A DNA stretch of 64,000 nt, taken from IMG/VR virus record IMGVR_UViG_3300038427_000078. One strand, given 5' to 3'. This DNA comes from a virus. The notes under the pieces were generated by a model. It made no database searches and was not told the DNA's origin. It saw only the letters and a list, made by a program, of their open reading frames with translations. Positions 6,975 through 13,874 of this stretch are shown here, one piece after another. Both the position numbers and the translations under genes were made by a program. The number at the start of each line of letters is the position of its first letter. Position 1 is the first letter of the stretch.

Positions 6975-7277
6975 ATGGGCTACTACATCGAGACACCCCT
7001 CCCGCTCGCGAAGGCACTTCAACTCGAAGAGCTTCACGGTGCGGAGCCGTACTCGGGTACGTTCGAGGACGTACCGGAGGGCAAGGTCGTAGTCGCAGTG
7101 GTACAGAACGGTCTGTTCGACGCCGCTGGCATCTGCTACGACGAGAACGAGTTCAAGGCATTCACCGCTGACCCAAGCGACACCAGGCCGAAAGACCTGT
7201 TGACGCTGGACAAGGACACCGCCCTACGGCTGTGCCCGCACGCAGCGGAGGTACTTGGAGAGGACGTGGCTACCTGA
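6975..7277 (+). CDS. hypothetical protein
   Basis: RBS aaggaagg; GC3-biased codons. Confidence 0.7.
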   Translation: MGYYIETPLPLAKALQLEELHGAEPYSGTFEDVPEGKVVVAVVQNGLFDAAGICYDENEFKAFTADPSDTRPKDLLTLDKDTALRLCPHAAEVLGEDVAT

Positions 7278-7483
7278 TGCCCGTCCTTTTCTTCATCATC
7301 GCAGGCATCATCCTGATCGCCAACTCGGGCTGGTTCCACGGAGCAGACATCGTTGGCATCGTCCTGCTCGTCTTTGGCGGGCTTGGACTTGTCCTCTGGC
7401 TCGTCGCTGCGAAATTCGCACGGAGCATCATCAAAGAGGTCAAAGGACCAGGGACACCCCGGCATCCCCGGAGGTTCCGCTAA
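7277..7483 (+). CDS. small two-TM membrane protein
   Basis: two hydrophobic stretches and basic tail; TGATG coupling. Confidence 0.7.
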   Translation: MPVLFFIIAGIILIANSGWFHGADIVGIVLLVFGGLGLVLWLVAAKFARSIIKEVKGPGTPRHPRRFR

Positions 7484-7490
7484 GTTGTTC

Positions 7491-7563
7491 GCCCTTGTAG
7501 CTCAGAGGATAGAGCATCGGTTTCCTAAACCGTGTGTCGCGGGTTCGATTCCCTCCGGTGCCA
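7491..7563 (+). tRNA. tRNA-Arg(CCU), degenerate acceptor and T stems (possibly pseudo)
   Basis: cggt-tt-CCT-aa-accg; acceptor gcccttg/cggtgcc has 2 mismatches. Confidence 0.6.
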
Positions 7564-7579
7564 TGGTATACTGTTGGGT

Positions 7580-7921
7580 ATGAGTGATCAAGACCTAACA
7601 GAGCAGCAAGTAGTGGCTGCGGAGGCCGGTGTCGGAGACAGCATACAGGCCATCGCGGACCGCGCAGTCAAGGCCGTCGAGGTACTGGACTTGAGCGAGG
7701 GCGATGTTCTCGTAGTCAAGCTCGGCATCGATGACATGGGTGACGGACTCCCACCGTGGATTCCGGGACCAGCGGAGCTAGAGCAGGTGTCAGATGCCTT
7801 GACCGCGACAGTGCCAGAGGGCGTACGGGTGCTAGTTCACCACCTGGGAATCAACTTCCAGATCGTACGCGGCCTCGACACCAGTAACCCGGTCGTAGTC
7901 GAATCGCTGCCAACAGAGTAA
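7580..7921 (+). CDS. small protein paralogous to an internal portal-protein domain
   Basis: KLGIDDMGDGLPPWIPGPAELE...RVLVHHLG matches portal KLGIMDMGDGLPPWLPGPEELE...RVMVHHFG. Confidence 0.85.
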   Translation: MSDQDLTEQQVVAAEAGVGDSIQAIADRAVKAVEVLDLSEGDVLVVKLGIDDMGDGLPPWIPGPAELEQVSDALTATVPEGVRVLVHHLGINFQIVRGLDTSNPVVVESLPTE

Positions 7922-7924
7922 CAC

Positions 7925-7999
7925 GCGGGAATAGCTCAGCCAGGTTAGAGCACTTCTCTGATAAGGAAGGGGTCAGAGGTTCAAATCCTCTTTTCCGCA
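7925..7999 (+). tRNA. tRNA-Ile(GAU)
   Basis: gcgggaa/tttccgc; ct-GAT-aa. Confidence 0.93.
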
Positions 8000-8084
8000 T
8001 CGCAGGAAAATCGGTCCTGAAAAATTAGGGTCGGCGCTCAGAAAAATTTTGCGCCAACTTCTCAGGCGAGATTAGCCTAATTAC

Positions 8085-8159
8085 GCCCAAGTGACGGGAA
8101 TTGGCATACCTGGCAAGCTCAAACCTTGTCGTTTGTGGGTTCGACTCCCACTTTGGGCA
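8085..8159 (+). tRNA. tRNA-Leu(CAA), short variable loop
   Basis: gcccaag/tttgggc; gcaag-ct-CAA-ac-cttgt. Confidence 0.9.
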
Positions 8160-8191
8160 CTTTTTGTCGAACCTTCTGACACGTAATATAC

Positions 8192-8524
8192 GTGGCATAC
8201 AAGGATCCTCAGAAGCAGAAAGAAGCACAGCATCGGTCATATCTGCGTAACAAAGAGATAATCCTCAGGCGCAGTTCTGATCGCATCAAAGAGCTTCGAC
8301 GCAAAGTGCGAGAGTACAAGGAGGAGCGTGGTTGTAGCGCGTGCGGGTACAACAAATACGGTGGGGCTATCGATGCTCATCACCCAAACGGCAAGGATAA
8401 CCAAGAACAGTGCATTGCCCGTTTGTGCAAACGGGCCTTTCCGTGGGAGACAATCCTTGCGGAGCTTGAGAAGTGCATTCTTCTCTGTTCCAACTGTCAT
8501 CGCGAGCACCATCGCGGTGAGTAG
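8192..8524 (+). CDS. HNH homing endonuclease
   Basis: CSACGY...IDAHH...ELEKCILLCSNCH. Confidence 0.88.
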   Translation: MAYKDPQKQKEAQHRSYLRNKEIILRRSSDRIKELRRKVREYKEERGCSACGYNKYGGAIDAHHPNGKDNQEQCIARLCKRAFPWETILAELEKCILLCSNCHREHHRGE

Positions 8525-8546
8525 CATAACGCGCTATACTGGAAAT

Positions 8547-8723
8547 ATGGGACCAGACAAATGTGGCGCAGAAGTCGGACTTTTGGCAAGATGCCAAAGA
8601 CCGGCGAATCACGACGGAGAGCACTCAGGGCCGATTTTCGTCCCTCAGTGGATTACCTATTTGGGCGAGGGTGACGAGATTCCTCGCAGTCAGTACCAAT
8701 CGTGCGGAGTGGAGCAACGGTAG
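8547..8723 (+). CDS. small hypothetical protein; stop codon lies inside tRNA-fMet
   Basis: TATACT 6 nt before ATG (leaderless); C..C..H..H motif. Confidence 0.55.
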   Translation: MGPDKCGAEVGLLARCQRPANHDGEHSGPIFVPQWITYLGEGDEIPRSQYQSCGVEQR

Positions 8724-8774
8724 CTCGCAAGGCCCATAACCTTGAGGTAGGAAGTTCGACTCTTCCCTCCGCTA
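8703..8774 (+). tRNA. tRNA-Met(CAU), initiator-like
   Basis: unpaired 1:72 (T:T); tggagc D stem; caagg-cc-CAT-aa-ccttg. Confidence 0.85.
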
Positions 8775-8786
8775 TAGCAGTACAAT

Positions 8787-8858
8787 TCCGGGTTCGTCTA
8801 ATCGGCAGGATGTCTGGTTCTGAGCCAGATGGTCAGGGTTCGAATCCTTGACCCGGAG
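8787..8858 (+). tRNA. tRNA-Gln(CUG)
   Basis: tccgggt/acccgga; tctgg-tt-CTG-ag-ccaga. Confidence 0.92.
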
Positions 8859-8920
8859 CTTTGGCAGTAGAAGGCGAACAGCGCTTAGAGCGGGTTCGTG
8901 GGATCCCGCGCTGTCAACAT

Positions 8921-8991
8921 TGGGGGTTCGTTCAACGGCAGGACAGCGGGCCTTGAACCCGCGAATCGGGGTTCGAATCCCTGACCCCCAG
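8921..8991 (+). tRNA. tRNA-Gln(UUG)
   Basis: tgggggt/accccca; gcggg-cc-TTG-aa-cccgc. Confidence 0.92.
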
Positions 8992-9073
8992 CTAGCAAGG
9001 CAAGGAGCCGGTAGGCGTGTGCTACCGGACCAGAACGAGGCGTCACTGCACGCCTACCTTGCCGCAATCTTTC

Positions 9074-9157
9074 GCCTCTCTGGTTGGAATGGTAGACACA
9101 GCGGGCCTAAACCCCGCCGATCTTCGGATCGTCCGAGTTCGACTCTCGGGAGAGGCA
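9074..9157 (+). tRNA. tRNA-Leu(UAA)
   Basis: gcctctc/gagaggc; gcggg-cc-TAA-ac-cccgc; long variable arm. Confidence 0.9.
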
Positions 9158-9159
9158 TC

Positions 9160-9234
9160 GCGTCGGAAGCTCAAGTGCGAGCGCCGCCCATTTGGGGGCG
9201 GAGGTCGAGGGCGATTAGCTCCCCTCTCGGCGCA
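9160..9234 (+). ncRNA. tRNA-like cloverleaf with non-canonical loops
   Basis: gcgtcgg/tcggcgc, gctc/gagc, ccgcc/ggcgg, gaggg/ccctc stems; no TTCGA loop; 8-nt anticodon loop. Confidence 0.6.
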
Positions 9235-9238
9235 ACAT

Positions 9239-9312
9239 GGTGGTCGTCATCTAATGGACTAGGATTCGAGGTTGTGAACCTCGCCATGCGGGTTCGATTC
9301 CCGTCGATCACC
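9239..9312 (+). tRNA. tRNA-His(GUG) with encoded G-1
   Basis: g-gtggtcg/cgatcac-c; cgagg-tt-GTG-aa-cctcg. Confidence 0.92.
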
Positions 9313-9324
9313 CTGGCAGCACAA

Positions 9325-9399
9325 GCGCCACTAGCTCAGTCTGGTTAGAGCAACTGTCTTATCAACAGCGTGTCCGGGGTTCAAATCCTCGGTGGCGCA
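9325..9399 (+). tRNA. tRNA with UAU anticodon (Ile AUA reader)
   Basis: gcgccac/gtggcgc; ctgt-ct-TAT-ca-acag. Confidence 0.8.
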
Positions 9400-9405
9400 C
9401 TTCAT

Positions 9406-9479
9406 GGCCCGTGGGTCTTATGGCAAGGATTCCGCGTTCTCAGCGCGTGAGATGATGGGTTCGAATCCCATACGGGCTA
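9406..9479 (+). tRNA. tRNA-Glu(CUC)
   Basis: ggcccgt/acgggct; cgcg-tt-CTC-ag-cgcg. Confidence 0.88.
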
Positions 9480-9554
9480 CTCTGTAGGTACCATTCGAAT
9501 GGCTCTGCCTGCGGAACGCTTGACTTCATCGCACCCGTGCGATATGATGTCGCT

Positions 9555-10208
9555 ATGTCGAGAGCAAGAGACTGGACCCACCCAATCACCGGCGAGCTAC
9601 ACTGGTTCGACGTACACGGCATGGCTGGGGTCCGGGAACTCGAAGTTCTCGCAGACGCCGAAGACATCGACTTGGACGACCTGTTCGACGCGAACCTCTC
9701 TTCTAAGGAGGTTCTGTTCCGGCTCAACAAGCTCAGTGAGCTAATCCCGGAGGCGGGCCTCAACAAGCTCAAGAAACGTCAGACACAGGGCGAGCCTGAG
9801 ACTTGCCGCATCTGCCCGCTACTCGGTCGGGAGTGCGAAGGTCGAATGACCAAACATCACTTCGTGCCGCGTTGGATCATGTTGGAACTGGCAGACTACG
9901 AGGTCTATGCACCGCGTAGGCTCTGCACAGTCCCGGCGTGCGCCGGGAGCCACCGTTGGCTCCACATGCGGACCGAGGAGGGATCGAAATCCATCGCTCC
10001 TTACCTCGACAAGAATGAGAAGGCACTAGCGCACCATCTCATCGGGACACTCCGTCAGGAGCGCCCCAGGATCTACGCCCTCCTCGCGGGCGGGGACAAG
10101 AACAGCTACGAGTGGCAACTTGTTCAGGATTGGCGGCGAGGACTGTTTGATGTCAGGGGGGAAGGGAAAGATCCCTTCCCTCGCTGGCAGCTACGAAACT
10201 CTCTGTAG
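9555..10208 (+). CDS. HNH-like protein
   Basis: CRIC...TKHHFVPR...VPACAGSH; upstream TTGACT-N17-TATGAT promoter; stop codon inside tRNA-Arg. Confidence 0.65.
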   Translation: MSRARDWTHPITGELHWFDVHGMAGVRELEVLADAEDIDLDDLFDANLSSKEVLFRLNKLSELIPEAGLNKLKKRQTQGEPETCRICPLLGRECEGRMTKHHFVPRWIMLELADYEVYAPRRLCTVPACAGSHRWLHMRTEEGSKSIAPYLDKNEKALAHHLIGTLRQERPRIYALLAGGDKNSYEWQLVQDWRRGLFDVRGEGKDPFPRWQLRNSL

Positions 10209-10271
10209 CTCAGTGGATAGAGCGTCCGGTTGCGATCCGGGAGGTCGGCGGTTCGAGTCCGTCCAGGGAGG
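10199..10271 (+). tRNA. tRNA-Arg(GCG)
   Basis: ctctctg/cagggag; tccgg-tt-GCG-at-ccggg. Confidence 0.9.
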
Positions 10272-10299
10272 TACGTTAGAACCCTGCTAAGGTGTAGAT

Positions 10300-10479
10300 A
10301 TGCCTTACGCAGATAGAGAGAAACAGGCGGCGTATCAACGCGATTGGTACCGACGCCACAAAGAGCAACATATCAACCGTATTCGTAACGAACGTCGTAA
10401 GAGGCGTGAAGTGGTCAACGAATACAAGCTCTCAAGAGGGTGTAACCGATCGCGGGTTCGATTCCCGCATAGTGCTTAG
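10300..10479 (+). pseudogene. truncated HNH gene fused to an orphan tRNA T arm
   Basis: MPYADREKQAAYQRDWY...EYKLSRGC resembles the N-terminus of 8192-8524, then gcggg-ttcgatt-cccgc. Confidence 0.7.
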
Positions 10480-10486
10480 ATCAAAC

Positions 10487-11073
10487 TTCGTATCAGGCGG
10501 TTGCTGCGCTTGAAAGACAGCGTAGAGGAAGTTCGGGGCATGCTGGCAGGGGAAACCTTGTCATCGGCTCAACTACACCGAGTGACACCGGCCCAAAGGA
10601 GGTACGCCCTCGTTGGTGTTCCGGCGCATGCAACTCCAAGTAGAGAACCCTACGGCGAAAGCTATGGGCATATCGGGTTGGAGGCTTAGATGGATGATCG
10701 CCACCAGTTACGACTCAGAGGAGAGACATGAACTACTGTGAAGCGATGGCCTACGTCGCGGGGCTGTTGGAGGGCGAGGGATGCTTCGATTTCGTAGCTC
10801 CCGGCCATCCAAGGATCCGCATGGAGACAACAGATGAAGATGTGGCATACTGGCTTCAACACTTGGTTGAAGGTGGGACAATCACTAATCGTCAGGGCAA
10901 ACGCAGTAATCACAGCGATTCGTTTGTGTGGCAAACGAGCAGGGCTGATGTGGTCAAGAAGGTCTTGACGGCAATCTATCCTTGGACAAGTGCTCGCAGG
11001 CGAGTAAAGATTGATGAACTCATGTCTGCTCTCTGAGCCGTAGTTGGTACAGAACCCCGGCTATCGATACGAA
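10487..11073 (+). ncRNA. rnpB: RNase P RNA (reduced S-domain, no P18) with an ORF inserted in P19
   Basis: P1 ttcgtatc/gatacgaa; P2 ggcggtt/gatcgcc; P3; GAGGAAGTTCGGGGC at 10525; TAGATGGATG; ACAGAACCCCGGCTA at 11049; P4 forms 8 bp with a bulged U. Confidence 0.88.
10728..11036 (+). CDS. single-motif LAGLIDADG homing endonuclease inside the RNase P RNA
   Basis: YVAGLLEGEGCF motif; RBS gaggag. Confidence 0.9.
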   Translation: MNYCEAMAYVAGLLEGEGCFDFVAPGHPRIRMETTDEDVAYWLQHLVEGGTITNRQGKRSNHSDSFVWQTSRADVVKKVLTAIYPWTSARRRVKIDELMSAL

Positions 11074-11114
11074 TATGCCCCTCGGCTCTGTTCAGAACGG
11101 CTTGGGGGCACCAA

Positions 11115-11188
11115 GCCTGTGATGCAGAAATGGTGCTGCGCTCGCCTTGTAAGCGAGAATAGACTCGGTTCGATTCCGAGCATAGGCT
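11115..11188 (+). tRNA. tRNA-Thr(UGU)
   Basis: gcctgtg/cataggc; ctcgc-ct-TGT-aa-gcgag. Confidence 0.88.
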
Positions 11189-11352
11189 CTGACTGCGCTC
11201 TTGCAAGCACCGGGAACCGGCGTGCGGCAGAGCGGCGCGCTGGTCACCCGTGGCTAGTCCTCATTTGCTCAACGCACCCCGGATTAGGGATTGGGCAGGC
11301 TAGTCTAGTGTGAGTACCCACTGATCGCGATGAGCGTGAGGGGAAATCCAAT

Positions 11353-11423
11353 GCGGATGTGGCGTAATGGTAACGTATTTGCCTTCCAAGCAAAGGTTGC
11401 GGGTTCGACTCCCGTCTTCCGCT
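11353..11423 (+). tRNA. tRNA-Gly(UCC)
   Basis: gcggatg/cttccgc; tttgc-ct-TCC-aa-gcaaa. Confidence 0.93.
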
Positions 11424-11489
11424 TCAACCCACGACACAAAGGAGGTACCCCATGCGGTTAGGCACTGTCTAATCGAAAGGAGGTACTAA

Positions 11490-11660
11490 GTGAACGGCAA
11501 CCTCGCAGCCAAGGCTGCGAAGCTCATGCAGAAGAACGGGAACCGCGACAAAGGAGGCGGATCCCACAAGTACGGACGCAACCGCAACAAGTGCGCCCGC
11601 TACCGCGCCCGCGTGGGGAAGCCCCGTGGTCCTGGTGTCGATGGAAACAAGAAACACTAG
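11490..11660 (+). CDS. small very basic protein (56 aa)
   Basis: strong RBS gaaaggaggt plus GTG; MNGNLAAKAAKLMQKNGNRDKGGGSHKYGRNRNKCARYRARVGKPRGPGVDGNKKH. Confidence 0.7.
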   Translation: MNGNLAAKAAKLMQKNGNRDKGGGSHKYGRNRNKCARYRARVGKPRGPGVDGNKKH

Positions 11661-11697
11661 AGGGTGGCCGACCGGCCCACTGGAACGGTCGGATTAG

Positions 11698-11768
11698 TGC
11701 TGTGTAGCTCAACGGTAGAGCAACTGGCTCATAACCAGAAGACGGCGGTTCGACCCCGCTCGCAGCGA
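11698..11768 (+). tRNA. tRNA-Met(CAU)
   Basis: tgctgtg/cgcagcg; ctgg-ct-CAT-aa-ccag. Confidence 0.88.
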
Positions 11769-11818
11769 CTCATAACTCACAGGCTCCTTTCGAGCCATTT
11801 CCGGGCGCATAATGCTTG

Positions 11819-12163
11819 ATGGCATACAAGAACAAGGTCGATCAAGCAGCCTCTTCTCGTCGTCATTACCTTCGTAACCAGAAGGCGATGAAGGAGAGGG
11901 CTGAACTCAAGAACCGCGAACGTCATGCAGAATACGCGGAGAAGATCAAGGTTGCGAAGGCTAGACCTTGCGCCGATTGCAACATCGAATACCCTCACTA
12001 CGTCATGGACTTCGATCATGTGCGTGGCAAGAAGGTCGGGAACGTATCGACCATGGCTCATGCCTTGCGACCTTGGAAGCTGATCGAACAAGAGATTGCG
12101 AAGTGCGATGTCGTCTGTTCTAATTGTCATCGAGAGCGTACGTATGTTCGACTCTCCGCATAG
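11819..12163 (+). CDS. HNH homing endonuclease
   Basis: CADC...MDFDHVRG...EIAKCDVVCSNCH. Confidence 0.88.
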   Translation: MAYKNKVDQAASSRRHYLRNQKAMKERAELKNRERHAEYAEKIKVAKARPCADCNIEYPHYVMDFDHVRGKKVGNVSTMAHALRPWKLIEQEIAKCDVVCSNCHRERTYVRLSA

Positions 12164-12390
12164 CGATTTCATCATCCGGGCGCGAAACCTGCTATCATCG
12201 GTAGAGTAATGGTTGGAGACAGACACATGGACAACGGTGGCTATCAATGCTCGACTTCATCTTCCGATACCTGTGTCGGCGCTTCGGCCATCGCTGGATT
12301 GCCGAGGAAACCTACGCTGGCGAGTGGTGGGACATCTGCGCCCGCTGCCACGCTGTGCGCAAACACCAACCGGGGAGAAATTGAAGGTCC

Positions 12391-13155
12391 ATGAGCGAGA
12401 CAGACGCACAGAAGATCGCGCAGTTGAAGCATCTCATCGATGAGACACACAAACACGGTGAGAGGATCCAGGTCGAAATCCAGAAACTACAGGCGGCACA
12501 CGCCTCTCATGTTCAGATCGACATCAAGAAGGGTCTGTTGAAGGGGCTAGAGCTTCTGAACGCACACCGTCGTAGGGAACTAGAGGAGCTTGAACATCCG
12601 GCTCCGAAACCTGCACCTGAGCCTCCGAAACCTGCTCCGAAACCGAAACCAGCGCCGAAACCCAAGCCGAAACCGAAGCCGAAGCCACCGGCTCCGCAGC
12701 GGTTCCACATGCTCGACTCCACGAACGCCGACAGTCTCCCGGAGGAGGGAGAGGCAGCGGTCGCCGGTTACGTCAACGGGATCTTCAACGACTTCGACAA
12801 CATCGTCAAGCGCTTCCCGCACCTGAAACACCTGTCGATCAGCGTGTTCTCTGGCGAGGACGCCGACGCTCTCGACGTAGAGAACGGGGACGCGACACCG
12901 GGCGAGGCACCAGGCTGGGTACGCAAACAGCACGCACGCGGAAAGGCCCGCCCTGTGGTCTACGCCAATGCGAGCACGATGCCCCAGGTTGTGCAAGCCT
13001 TGACAGACGACGGCATCAAGAGGGACGAATATCTCCTATGGGTGGCCGACTATGACGGGAAGGCCGACATCCCGGAGGGCTTCGATGCCAAGCAGTACGA
13101 AGACCACAATGAAGAGTACGACATCTCGATCTGTGAGCCTTGGTTCTTGGACTGA
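12391..13155 (+). CDS. endolysin-like glycoside hydrolase (GH25-like C-terminal domain, Pro/Lys linker)
   Basis: LDVE..DA, PVVY, LWVADY, AKQY motifs; adjacent holin-like gene. Confidence 0.65.
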   Translation: MSETDAQKIAQLKHLIDETHKHGERIQVEIQKLQAAHASHVQIDIKKGLLKGLELLNAHRRRELEELEHPAPKPAPEPPKPAPKPKPAPKPKPKPKPKPPAPQRFHMLDSTNADSLPEEGEAAVAGYVNGIFNDFDNIVKRFPHLKHLSISVFSGEDADALDVENGDATPGEAPGWVRKQHARGKARPVVYANASTMPQVVQALTDDGIKRDEYLLWVADYDGKADIPEGFDAKQYEDHNEEYDISICEPWFLD

Positions 13156-13207
13156 GCCGTCGCGTAAAGGGTGCTAGCAGCAACAACCTCTAGAGAAAGA
13201 AGGGATC

Positions 13208-13453
13208 ATGTCAGCAACAGCTAACGCAGTCACGAAGGCAACCTCAACGGTCACGACCGTTGTGGACAACCTCTTGGCTGACCTAGTGTCGTTGGACAAC
13301 CCGGTTACGGCATCAGCCGTCGTCGCGTTCGTCCTCTCGGTCACTGGCGGCGGAGCAGACATAGGCTTGAGCGGGACTACGCTCTTGGCGATTGTCGGTG
13401 GTATCGGCACCGTGTCGCTCGTCGTCAAGCGCTTGTTCAGCAAGTCCAGCTAA
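13208..13453 (+). CDS. putative holin
   Basis: 81 aa with two hydrophobic helices, directly after the endolysin. Confidence 0.6.
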   Translation: MSATANAVTKATSTVTTVVDNLLADLVSLDNPVTASAVVAFVLSVTGGGADIGLSGTTLLAIVGGIGTVSLVVKRLFSKSS

Positions 13454-13474
13454 GCGCCAAACAACAACCAGACT

Positions 13475-13503
13475 AAGGCCCGTCTTGAAAAGCGGGCCTT
13501 TCT
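13475..13503 (+). terminator. intrinsic terminator
   Basis: aaggcccg...cgggcctt stem followed by a T-rich tail. Confidence 0.7.
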
Positions 13504-13518
13504 CGTATGTAATGGCTG

Positions 13519-13836
13519 ATGGGTAAGTGGGTTCACCGGCTTTCGGAGATAGATGAGGTAAATCGCACAGCGGTATGCGCTAACTGCGGTCCAGTGGCGA
13601 TCCGGAAACGGTCAAGTAATCGTGGATGGAGATGCTCTCCTGGTAACCCGAATACGAAACAACTTCATTATCGTGCTCCTCCGGGCAGCGTATGCGAACG
13701 CTGTGACTTCGTGCCCGAGCACATCTGTCAGATCGACGTTCATCACAGGGACGGCAACAAAGAGAACAACGATCCTTCCAATCATTCGATTCTGTGCGCT
13801 AACTGTCATCGGCTCACGGTGCTCGGCCTGGTCTAG
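13519..13836 (+). CDS. HNH homing endonuclease
   Basis: CERC...IDVHHRDGNKENNDPSNHSILCANCH. Confidence 0.9.
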   Translation: MGKWVHRLSEIDEVNRTAVCANCGPVAIRKRSSNRGWRCSPGNPNTKQLHYRAPPGSVCERCDFVPEHICQIDVHHRDGNKENNDPSNHSILCANCHRLTVLGLV

Positions 13837-13874
13837 CCTTTTTCGTACCCGAAAGCGGCTCCGTAAAGACTGAG

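Noticed and set aside
9074-9157. Possible amber suppressor (CTA) reading of loops such as cctaaac or cttctaa
   Set aside because: Stem pairing centres the anticodons on TAA (Leu) and TCT (Arg); long ORFs end normally at TAG, so there is no sign of recoding
12598-12697. Tandem ccgaaa/ccgaag repeats as a CRISPR or DNA repeat
   Set aside because: They encode a Pro-Lys linker in the endolysin; no repeat-spacer structure was seen anywhere in the window
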